Source: Tubiluchus corallicola (Eukaryota > Animalia > Priapulida). From it: a stretch of DNA of 64,000 bases. The stretch lies in NCBI GenBank assembly GCA_030141605.1, contig JAQGDQ010000661.1:1-64000 (forward strand). The letters are read 5' to 3'. The position numbers and the translations under genes were made by a program. The notes beneath the pieces are model-generated. The model saw nothing but the letters and a program-made list of their open reading frames with translations, was not told the origin of the DNA and searched no databases. This document shows, piece after piece, positions 52,682 through 64,000 of this stretch. Within the stretch, counting starts at the first letter, position 1. Each line of letters begins with the position of its first letter.

Positions 52682-55623
52682 GCTCAGTAAATTGTATCTC
52701 AGACATGCCCTGGCTCAGTAAATTCTATCTCAGACATGCCCTGGCTCAGTAAATTCTATCTCAGACATGCCCTGGCTCAGTAAATTCTATCTCAGACATG
52801 CCCTGACACAGTAAATTCTATCCCAGACATGCTCTGGCTCAGTAAATTCTATCTCGGACATGCCCTGGCTCAGTAAATTCTATCTCGGACATGCCCTGGC
52901 TCAGTAAATTCTATCTCAGACATACCCTGGCTCAGTAAATTCTATCTCAGACATGCCCTGGCACAGTAAATTCTATCTCAGACATGCCCTGGCTCAGTAA
53001 ATTCTATCTCGGACATGCCCTGGCTCAGTAAATTCTATCTCAGACATGCCCTGGCTCAGTAAATTCTATCTCAGACATGCCCTGGCTCAGTAAATTCTAT
53101 CTCAGACATGCCCTGGCTCAGTAAATTCTATCTCAGACATGCCTTGGCTCAGTAAATTCTATCCCGGACATGCCCTGGCTCGGTAAATTCTATCTCGGAC
53201 ATGCCCTGGCTCAGTAAATTCTATCTCAGACATGCCCTGGCTCAGTAACTTCTATCTCGGACATGCCCTGGCTCGGTAAATTCTATCTCGGACATGCCCT
53301 GGCTCGGTAAATTCTATCTCAGACATGCCTTGGCTCAGTAAATTCTATCCCGGACATGCCCTGGCTCGGTAAATTCTATCTCGGACATGCCCTGGCTCAG
53401 TAAATTCTATCTCGGACATGCCCTGGCTCAGTAAATTCTATCCCGGACATGCCCTGGCTCGGTAAATTCTATCTCGGACATGCCCTGGCTCGGTAAATTC
53501 TATCTCAGACATGCCCTGGCTCAGTAACTTCTATCTCAGACATGCCCTGGCTCAGTAAATTCTGTCTCAGACATGCCCTGGCTCAGTAAATTCTATCCCA
53601 GACATGCCCTGGCTCAGTAAATTGTATCTCAGACATGCCCTGGCACAGTAAATTCTATCTCAGACATGCCCTGGCTCAGTAAATTCTATCTCAGACATGC
53701 CCTGGCACAGTAAATTCTATCTCAGACATGCCCTGGCTCAGTAAATTCTATCTCGGACATGCCTTGGCTCAGTATATTCTGTCTCAGACATGCCCTGGTT
53801 CAGTAAATTCTGTCTCAGATATGCCCTGGCTCAGTAAATTCTATCTCAGACATGCCCTGGCTCAGTAAATTCTATCTCAGACATGCCCTGGCTCAGTAAA
53901 TTCTATCTCAGACATGCCCTGGCTCAGTAAATTCTATCTCAGACATGCCCTGGCTCAGTAAATTCTATCTCAGACATGCCCTGGCTCAGTAAATTCTATC
54001 TCAGACATGCCCTGGCTCAGTAAATTCTATCTCAGACATGCCCTGGCTCAGTAAATTCTATTTCAGACATGCCCTGGCTCAGTAAATTCTATCTCGGACA
54101 TGCCCTGGCACAGTAAATTCTATCTCAGACATGCCCTGGCTGTAAATTCTCAGACATGCCCTGGCTCAGTAAATTCTATCTCAGACATGCCCTGGCTCTG
54201 TAAATTCTCAGACATGCCCTGGCTCAGTAAATTCTATCTCAGACATGCCCTGGCTCAGTAAATTCTATCTCGGACATGTCCTGGCTCAGTAAATTCTATC
54301 TCGGACATACCCTGGCTCAGTAAATTCTGTCTCAGACATGCCCTGACACAGTAAATTCTATCTCAGACATGCCCTGGCTCTGTAAATTCTATCTCAGACA
54401 TGCCCTGGCACAGTAACTTCTATATCAGACATGCCCTGGCTCTGTAAATTCTATCTCAGACATGCCCTGGCACAGTAACTTCTATCTCAGACATGCCCTG
54501 GCTCAGTAAATTCTATCTCGGACATGCCTTGGCTCAGTATATTCTGTCTCAGACATGCCCTGGTTCAGTAAATTCTATCTCAGACATGCCCTGGCTCAGT
54601 AAATTCTATCTCAGACATGCCCTGGCTCAGTAAATTCTATCTCAGACATGCCCTGGCTCAGATAATTCTCTCTCAGACATACCCTGGCACAGTAAATTCT
54701 ATCTCGGACATGCCCTGGCTCAGTAAATTCTATCTCGGACATGCCTTGGCTCAGTATATTCTGTCTCAGACATGCCCTGGTTCAGTAAATTCTATCTCAG
54801 ACATGCCCTGGCTCAGTAAATTCTATCTCAGACATGCCCTGGCTCAGTAAATTCTATCTCAGACATGCCCTGACACAGTAAATTCTATCCCAGACATGCT
54901 CTGGCTCAGTAAATTCTATCTCAGACATGCCCTGGCTCAGATAATTCTCTCTCAGACATACCCTGGCACAGTAAATTCTATCTCGGACATGCCCTGGCAC
55001 AGTAAATTCTATCTCAGACATGCCCTGGCTCAGTAAATTCTGTCTCAGACATGCCCTGACACAGTAAATTCTATCTCAGACATGCCCTGACACAGTAAAT
55101 TCTATCTCAGACATGCCCTGGCTCAGTAAATTCTATCTCAGACATGCCCTGGCTCAGTAAATTCTCTCTCGGACATGCCCTGGCTCAGTAAATTCTATCT
55201 CGGACATGCCCTGGCACAGTAAATTCTATCTCGGACATGCCCTGGCTCAGATAATTCTCTCTCAGACATACCCTGGCACAGTAAATTCTATCTCGGACAT
55301 GCCCTGGCTCAGTAAATTCTAAATCAGACATGCCCTGGCTCAGTAAATTCTATCTCAGACATGCCCTGGCTCAGTAAATTCTATCTCAGACATGCCCTGG
55401 CTCAGTAAATTCTATCTCAGACATGCCCTGGCTCAGTAAATTCTATCTCGGACATGCCCTGGCTCAGATAATTCTCTCTCAGACATACCCTGGCTCAGTA
55501 AATTCTATCTCAGACATGCCCTGGCTCAGTAAATTCTGTCTCAGACATGCCCTGGCTCAGTAAATTCTATCTCGGATATGCCCTGGCTCAGTAAATTCTA
55601 TCTCGGATATGCCCTGGCTCAGT
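52682..55623. repeat. 31-bp minisatellite, ~95 copies
   Basis: Unit gctcagtaaattctatctcagacatgccctg. Confidence 0.97.
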
Positions 55624-56422
55624 GTTTTCTTTCGTTTCTTTCTCTGCATTAATTGTCTTACCGTAAACAATAAACGCTTCCAGTAGTTTCTATCTGATAT
55701 GAAATGCATCAGTCTTAAATATTCGTACATTAATATTTTTAACCATCATTTTCTACTAATGTCTAATGTAATCTTGTAGTAAAACTTGTCAGCTTGTGTA
55801 GTTATAGTCTATTCTTACTGTAAATGTTTTTGAAAATAGTGTATAAAGTCTGTTGTGGTGAGGATCCTAAGTCATGTTGTTCAAACTGTCTGATCCAATC
55901 CTGTAATAAATTATGTTTAAACTAACAACAAAAACCGTAAACAATAACAACAGAAACCAAAAATGTAAACAGCATTATAAAGTTGTTTAAAAAAGCCCTG
56001 TATTCATACGTGTTCTGACGGGTTCCTGTGTGCGTTGTTTGTCCAAGTGTGTGATTTGTTAGTTGTTTATATTTGTAAAATAAAGCGTTTGTTATTATTT
56101 ATTTATTATAAAAACATATTAATTTGCATCTGATTTTTTTATTCCAACACATTCACAATTTTAGTTCTCAGAACTACAAAAGACGTGTTTGCGCCATTGT
56201 TCCTTCTTTTGACCTACTCACCGTCTTTATCCGTCCGCCTTACTCTGCATATAATCCTACTTACGAATTCGTTCGCAACAAGTCCACAAGGTGTCACCAC
56301 ATGCTATCGATCACGTGGCACAAAATTCATATAGTAACATGGAATTATATTTAAATGATAAAAAACGCTAACCTGCTTTCACAATAAACATAAACATAAA
56401 AAGAAATTGGTTTATTTTTTTA

Positions 56423-56607
56423 CTACAGACAAACAGACAGACAGACAGACTGACTGACTGACTGCTTGACTGACTACTGACTGACTGACTGACTGACTGA
56501 CTGACTGACTGACTGACTGACTGACTGACTGACTGACTGACTGACTGACTGACTGACTGACATATTATGAGCCACTCGACTTCGTTTTATCTGAAGCAAA
56601 TAAAAAC
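56423..56607 (-). mobile_element. (ACAG)/(ACTG)n microsatellite with DINE-1/HINE-like end
   Basis: Minus strand reads tttttatttgcttcagataaaacgaagtcg..., then (GTCA)n(GTCT)n, an architecture typical of Helentron-derived elements. Confidence 0.45.
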
Positions 56608-57051
56608 ATTTTCTGCTAATCCAATGTTAAAAGGATAATTAATTGCTATAATGAAAATGTATAATAATATTATGAAATATGAAGAAATCAAACTTACATC
56701 TTTGCCGCATCTTACTAACTTGCTAAAGAGAACTCGACTGACAAAATTTTGTGATAAAACGACACGACGTACTGAACAAGAATGACTTCTTTCCTATCCT
56801 GTCTGCAAAATGAGGCCAATGGCCTATTTCCTGTCCTAGCTCACCTGTCTATCAACAGCCTAAATTTGCAAAAAACAAACACAAGGAGGCACCACGTGCT
56901 TATATCCAAAACACACTCAGAATATAGGCTATTACAGAACGTTTCCCAAGTGGTTGCTCCAGATACGAGCTTGTTGAAGAAAAAGGCGTCATATAAGTGG
57001 CGTGAAATCCAGGATTACGTAGGATTAGGAACAGGATTAGGATCATGTTAA

Positions 57052-57525
57052 CCCTTTCAGTCCCAAATTTTTTTTAATAAGAAATTTTTTTTGGCTTGGT
57101 ACTTTTGTTCAGTATATCCATCTTGTTTACACATAATAATTATTTTTTCTACCTTCATTCTACCTACCTGCATACACAACATTCTTTGTCATGTACAAAA
57201 AGTCCGACTTTCTTAAAAACACAACAGAAGCAAAAAATGTGCTTAATTTTGCAACTGCTGATAATTTTTTAAAGTATTTAAGACATTTAGTATGCATGCT
57301 ATGCTGATCTGTACAAAGTCGTCTCTAAAGTACTGTACCTTGCGCAGTTTTTTATGCTACGTAGATTTTCTAGTTTGCCATTTTATCACTATTTTTAGTC
57401 TATTGTTATTGGCTTAAATCAAAATAACTATTAACAGATCAAATAACTGTCAGTTTTAAAATTTTATTAATTTCAAAGGCAGAAAATATTCTCGTATCCC
57501 ACGGGATACAACGGGTATGAAAGGG
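57052..57525. mobile_element. piggyBac-type MITE, 474 bp
   Basis: TTAA|CCCTTTCAGTCCC ... GGGTATGAAAGGG|TTAA: TTAA TSD, CCC/GGG ends, 11/13 TIR identity. Confidence 0.85.
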
Positions 57526-58360
57526 TTAACGTTTAAAAATGCGTTTGCAAAATACATCAGATTTTGATGAAAGTTTTAAAAAGGTTGTAGAATGTAGACG
57601 CTAGAGTGGTAAGACCAGTGGTCGCAGTGAGAGAACTGACCACGTGTCAAAAAATCAATAACAATCGTTATTAGCAAAATTATTCTACCATCGAGATATA
57701 GTTACTAGCACTGATGCTGTCTGTAAAGCGTTTACCTTTTCCGGTTTATATTGGTGGTCAGTCTACACAGACAACAGTTCTTTAATTTTTCTGGTCAAAC
57801 ATGTGATGCTAACTCGTAATACGTATGGTAAACTCAGGTGAATCATTATTGAAAATAACATGGTGTTCTGAGATTTGCCATGGCCATAATCATAAAAGGT
57901 ACAAGAATTACAGCTGAAACTAATTATTACTGATTACCAAAACAAAATGAGAATTAAACTGATAAGCATACCTGACGTCCATTACATATAGCTAAGATCT
58001 AAAAATATATTTGCCTGAGGACAATATAAACATTAAGTTTAAGTAACTGCTTGTGGTGTACTGCCAGGAGCAGATGACTTAAAATAACAGTTTGTGGTGT
58101 GTTAAAAGCCAGAATTACAGACTAACCAGTCGCTTAATGAACACCACACGTCTGCAAGTGTTTGTGGTGTGTTAGTTGAACAAATGCTGAATAAAACTGA
58201 TCTGAGCTATAATTATAAAGCTTGCTAATATGTAAAACACATACAAAACCATAAAGAAGAAAAAAGAATAAAAAGAGAGGACGAAAGCTTTGGAAGAAAA
58301 ATTAAAGAATTTTTTTTGAGATTCGAGGCCATTTTAACTTCTTTTACCATTATGAATCAA

Positions 58361-58481
58361 TAGTAATGACAATGATGGTGATAATAATGATGATGATGAT
58401 GATGATGTTGATGAAGATGATGATGATAACAACGACGATGATAATGATGATGTTGATAAGGATTACGATGACGACGACGAC

Positions 58482-58527
<46 letters not shown>

Positions 58528-58773
58528 TTGATGACGATGAGAAGGAGGAGGAGGATGATACTGGTGGTTATAGTAATGACAATGATGGTGATAATGATGA
58601 TGAAGGTAATAATGGTGATGAGGATGATGAAAATGATGATGTTGATGACGATGATGAGGTGATGGTAACAGTGAAAACGATGATGATGAAAAAGAATACG
58701 ATGAGGTGAGGATGACAATGATAATGACGGTGATAATGATGACGGATGTGATGATAATGGTGATGATGACGAC

Positions 58774-58805
<32 letters not shown>

Positions 58806-58806
58806 C

Positions 58807-58853
<47 letters not shown>

Positions 58854-58912
58854 CAATGACAATGACAATGACGGTGATAATGATTATGGAGGTGATGATG
58901 ACGATGATGAAT
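58361..58912. repeat. Complex degenerate (GAT)n block, homologous to the 49.3-49.9 kb block
   Basis: Shared gatgacgatgagaagga...gaggatgatactggtggtta and gacaatgacggtgataatgattatggaggtgatgatga. Confidence 0.9.
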
Positions 58913-59769
58913 CATTACTGTTTCACTTTTACAAGCAATCAGTAACAAGCTACTTAAAAGAACAGACTTCGAGGCTTCGATCTTCATCAACGCAATTCTC
59001 TTTTTTTAATCTCTGAAAAGTGGAAAACCTTGGCAGTATTCAGGCGGCGTCCCTTTCTGTTGAAATGCTCTGGCTTCTGTTGAGGCAATAAAATCACCAT
59101 TTGGCTTCACAGGGGGCGCATCCACGCTACAGGGATGCGCGCTGTTAGCGAAATTAACAAAATTTAACTGAATAATCGACTTTAATCATAACGACAAAGA
59201 ACTGTTTATACATAAGTGAGTTTAAGTACCGGTACCACGGAACCTGTTTAAACCTGCTAGCATCTAGGCTTACAAAGGGTCAGTTATGCAGACGCCCCTT
59301 TTGAACCTGTAACAACAAACTAAAACATTGTTTAGTGTATTTGTTAGGACGTCGGCATGGTGGTAGCTGCTTATAACAAGACTATATAAACACATTAAAC
59401 GCATCCGTTTTGCTCTTTTATCGTGATTTTACACACAGACGGTTTTAGTTCTCCAGTTTTTTCATAAAAGTTTCACAGTGTGGCGCCACCTGCGTGCACA
59501 GTCGGGCACCAACAATGGCCGCTGTCTGACGCGATTAGCACATTTTTAAATTCTGCGTGAAAATCTGGCGTCTTCCAACTGCAGACAGAGGGCTTCTTTG
59601 CATATTCATTTCAAATTTGTTTTTTATTGTCTATTTTAGCAGCTAATCAGTCTGACCATGCTATGATTCGATCCAAAATTCAGATCAGTTCAAGTCGGAT
59701 CTGATTAAATTCGTTTCGGCTCATATTTCCTTTTAACGATGTGATCCTTCGGCTTGAAATAAAATTTTA

Positions 59770-60330
<561 letters not shown>

Positions 60331-60698
60331 CCTTGTCTTTTGCCTGTTTGTCTACCTGTCTGTCTGCATGGTGGTCATGTTGGTCATCCACCCAGCAGCA
60401 TAATTACACAGCACCGCCTTATATCGCTCGGCCATCATTTTCCCAGCCCTCGCTGAGATTAAACTTTAAACTTGGTGTTATGTCCACAGGGATTAATGTC
60501 CTTCTGTGACGAAGCCAAATAGCATCTACTTCTAAGCATCTATAGAAGAAGCCAGGCTATGAAAGCTTTGCTATTGACACAACGTGCGGCTATTTAAAGC
60601 TCGTCAGCTCCTTTATTCAGGATCGCGCCGTCATAAGTATGGCGGTATGCTGCTCATATTTTCACACGTTTTCACAAATTAAGCTAATTTTTGCTTAT

Positions 60699-60949
60699 AA
60701 ATAGGTTTCACAATTGACGATTTGCGGGATAGATCCAGAAATAGGTTTCATAATTGACGATTTGCGGTATAGATCCAGAAATAGGTTTCATAATTCTCGA
60801 GATGTGGGATAGATCCAGAAATAGGTTTCATAATTCTCGAGATGTGGGATAGATCCAGAAATAGGTTTCATAATTCTCGAGATGTGGGATAGATCCAAAA
60901 ATAGGTTTCATAATTCTCGAGATGTGGGATAGATCCAGAAATAGGTTTC
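60699..60949. repeat. 40-bp minisatellite, ~6 copies
   Basis: Unit aaataggtttcataattctcgagatgtgggatagatccag. Confidence 0.93.
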
Positions 60950-61117
60950 TAAAACGGTTTTATATCAACATGGTCTATAGATAGACGGTGACTGTTTTGC
61001 CAACGTTTGAGTTGCTTTGCAATGAACTGTTTTTCTGTTTTCTCTGCGGCTACGTCTGTCTGTCTCTCTGTCTCACGCCAGAGTTTGTCAGATGTTATTC
61101 ATTATTCAGAAGATTAA

Positions 61118-61660
61118 TGGAAGACAGGATGATTTTTCACACACTACCCAATCTTAAAAAGTATACATTTTAATGCAATTAATACTGCAAAAGTGTTTCT
61201 GATAATTAAATAATAGATTAATATCTTAATTAGCAGTAGGCGAGCCCAACTATTGATATCATCACAAACTAACATAATTTTCAATAGCAGAAATATTTCA
61301 CGAGCGTGTTGCACGTCATTACGAAAGCGAAAATTGAAGTACAGTGCTACTGTAAGATATTCAATGTGTTGTAGTAAAACTAGGCAAGTTTTAAGATAAA
61401 ATTCAAATTTCAAATTTACCGCTGTGCTCACGCATGAGCTGCCGAACGTTTGCAACTCGTCACAAACTAACATATCTGAAGTGTGAGGTACAGCACCTGT
61501 TTTTGTACAATGCGTTTCCGGAATGCAGGCGCAAAATTGTGTTTGTTTGGCAATAATTCTTTCACGTAAGTCATTTTTGAAAAATAGTGTGTTTCCTTTC
61601 AATATTTTGAAGAGTAGATTGTTTTAACCTACAGTTTAAGATTTAGCCTGGTTTTGGTTT
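61118..61660 (-). mobile_element. Kolobok-like family A copy, near full length
   Basis: Runs ttaa|tggaagacaggatgattttt through ...aacctacagtttaagatttagcctggttttgg. Confidence 0.8.
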
Positions 61661-61947
61661 CATTGAATTTTGTCTTTGGTAAATTATGAGTTAGGCATTT
61701 TTTGTAAGCAGTTTGACGCTTGCTAAGTAGGTATTCAGCACTCACAGACAAGGTATACGTAATGTACATGATTATGGCGGGATCGAAACCTCTCTCATTA
61801 ATAACAATTATTATGCAAGAGCCACTGAACCAGCAGGGCCATCTTAGCCAGGTTTGGATGACTATTCATGTTTTTCTCAACAATATCCCCTGGAGGCAGC
61901 ACAGTAGATGAAACCGCGCAGAAATACTTTTCCAGGTGGTCAATTCC

Positions 61948-61949
<2 letters not shown>

Positions 61950-62027
<78 letters not shown>

Positions 62028-62145
62028 GTCTCTTTCTCTCTCTCTCTTTCTAGCTCTCTCTCTCTCTTCCTCTCCCTCTTTCTTTCTCTCTCTATCTCTG
62101 TCTCCGTCTCTCCCCCTCTCTCTTTCTCTCCTTCCCTTTCTGTCT
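61950..62145. repeat. (CT)n microsatellite
   Basis: Read directly from the sequence. Confidence 0.93.
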
Positions 62146-62984
62146 CACGTTTTTCGATGTTTCCTTGTTTCATAAGTTTTCTAGATCTGTGGCTACTTTC
62201 TGCTTAGTTTTTCATTCTCTTGAATGTAGGGCGCATCAAAACATCCTGATCCCCTAAGCAGACAGTCACGTTCAGGGCGTCAAATGTATTAAAGTGAGTA
62301 AAAACTGATACCTTTGTCCTGTCTATTTTGAGCTTACTGCGTTTATAAGATGAGCTAAACGTGATTGCTTGTGGTGTACTAATTGTGCTTTTAATTAGTA
62401 CAAACGTGAAGAATTACAGCTATTTGCATAACAATTATATGTAAACTGTTTGCGGAACAACCTGTGATGTAACACGTTACGCTATGTATATGGCGTTATA
62501 TACCATAAGGTCCAGTAACTGCTTGTCGTGTGTTACAAAAATACACGACATACATGAATATGAAATGATGTATGTGTTCTCCGAGGAGAATAAGAATTTT
62601 TTTTAACACTGCCCCCCTATAATCTGGCGCACTAGCCTAGATAGCCTATTCGTAGATACGCCCCTGCTTGAAGGTAAACAACTAATATTTATGTCACTTG
62701 TTTCAATTACATACATCAGTTGAAAAACATTTTACAAAGCAAAATGATTGCGTGATGTTGGCTGAGCTAAATAAATTGCCATTTGCTTCTTTTCACTGAC
62801 GAAAAAGCAATAAAAACGCTTCATTTAGTTGTATTGACTGTACTGTAGGATAGAACTGTCACCTATACCCACTCACTAATCGTGTAGCAATGAAAGTATC
62901 ACAACGAAAGAAAGACTATTAAATTTGTCTAATTGTTTCACGCTAACGCTTGCAAGAAGATTCCCCTTATTGTAGACTGGTAAT

Positions 62985-63470
62985 AAAGTCACGGGGGGAA
63001 AAAGTCACGGAAAAAGTCACAGGGAAGAAGTCACAAGTTTGGCTAGAAAAGTCAAACGAAAGAAGTCACAATTTTGGCTAAGAAAAGTCACAGGAAAAAG
63101 TCACAATTTTGGCTAAGAAAAGTCACAGGAAAGAGTCACAATTTCGGCTAAGAAAAGTCACAGGAAAAAGTCACAATTTTGGCTAAGAAAAGTCACAGGA
63201 AAAAGTCACAATTTTGTCTAGAAAAGGTCAAAGGAAAAAAGTCACAATTTTAGCTAAGAAAGGTCACAGGAAAAAGTCACAATTTTGTCTAGCAAAAGTC
63301 ACAGGAAAAAAGTCACAATTGATTTTGGTTTGGTCTACGGAGAGGGTTATTGTTAGGGTTATTTCTTTTTTCTCCCCCTGTATTTTCCCCCGTGACGTTT
63401 TTCTGTGACTTTTTCAGTGACTTTTTCAATCTGTGACATTTTGCCTGTGACTTTTTTGCGTGGATTTCCC
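62985..63470. mobile_element. Fold-back MITE-like element with aaaagtcac subrepeats and a central ttagggtta
   Basis: aaaagtcac tandem (~34-bp higher unit) at 62985-63320 and inverted tgtgactttt repeats at 63390-63456. Homologous to 17204-18025. Confidence 0.65.
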
Positions 63471-63671
63471 CTAATTTTGCTAAAACTATATGGGATTACC
63501 ATATAATGTTACATCTCATAACAGCACTATAATAGTAAGTAGTCCCTGGTAAACTAAACATGTGCAAGTCCACTGTTTCCCGACGACCTTTGACCTTTTA
63601 AATGTGATCAAAAATCATTTAAGCTAAGAAACAAATTTGGCATTAGCTCGTGTCCATTTCACCATTTTAAA

Positions 63672-64000
63672 ATAAAACCGGACCCAATCTTAAACTTTAG
63701 GTGAAAACAGTCTACCCGATAAAATATTAAAAGAGAACATACTATTTTTTAAAAATGACTTACGTGAAAGAGTTATTGACTCAGAAACGTAATTTCGTGT
63801 TCGCGCGGCTAATCCTTCTTATGCATTTTGCCATTTGCTAGTTAGATGGGTGCGCCTGCATCTCGGAAATGCGTTGCGTAGAAACAGCAGCTGCATCTCT
63901 CAATTCAGAGGTGTTCAGTTGTGACGTAGTACATGCGTTCAGGTTTTCATTCTTTTCCACAGCGGTAAACATAAATTTTTAACTTAAACTTTAAATTTCT
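63672..64000 (+). mobile_element. Kolobok-like family A copy (diverged, runs off window)
   Basis: ttaa|aataaaaccggacccaatcttaaactttagg...gacttacgtgaaagag. Confidence 0.72.

Noticed and set aside
56844-56858. Possible 15-nt minus-strand microexon (tttag|gctgttgatagacag|gtgagc)
   Set aside because: No partner exons were found, and such matches arise by chance.

Overview
This is repeat-rich, AT-rich animal genomic DNA, probably from an invertebrate, and it is not prokaryotic. I can support only one host gene: the 3' part of a spliced + strand gene with exons 816-1033, 2372-2757, 4691-4800, 5718-5923 and 6620-7259. The five exons total 1560 nt, have consistent phases and encode 519 aa; the 5' end is not found in the window. 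The product has two tandem divergent pentraxin/LamG-like domains, an RKRR furin-type site and a GPI-signal-like hydrophobic C-terminus. The most striking observation is that the acceptor of exon 4691-4800 is the last of 28 tandem 63-bp copies of that intron/exon junction. Only the last copy has a CTGAC branch point and an open frame. The remaining ~56 kb consists of minisatellites (14, 19, 22, 31, 33, 40, 46, 48, 57, 63 and 87 bp units) and compound micro/minisatellites. It also holds about 10 copies of a TTAA-flanked Kolobok-like non-autonomous element, hAT/piggyBac/mariner-type MITEs, two 5S-rRNA-headed SINE-like copies, several 5'-truncated LINE fragments (one embedded in (CT)n) and a probable solo LTR. 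Nearly all long ORFs in the supplied track are repeat artefacts. Coordinates were read by eye, and repeat boundaries are approximate.
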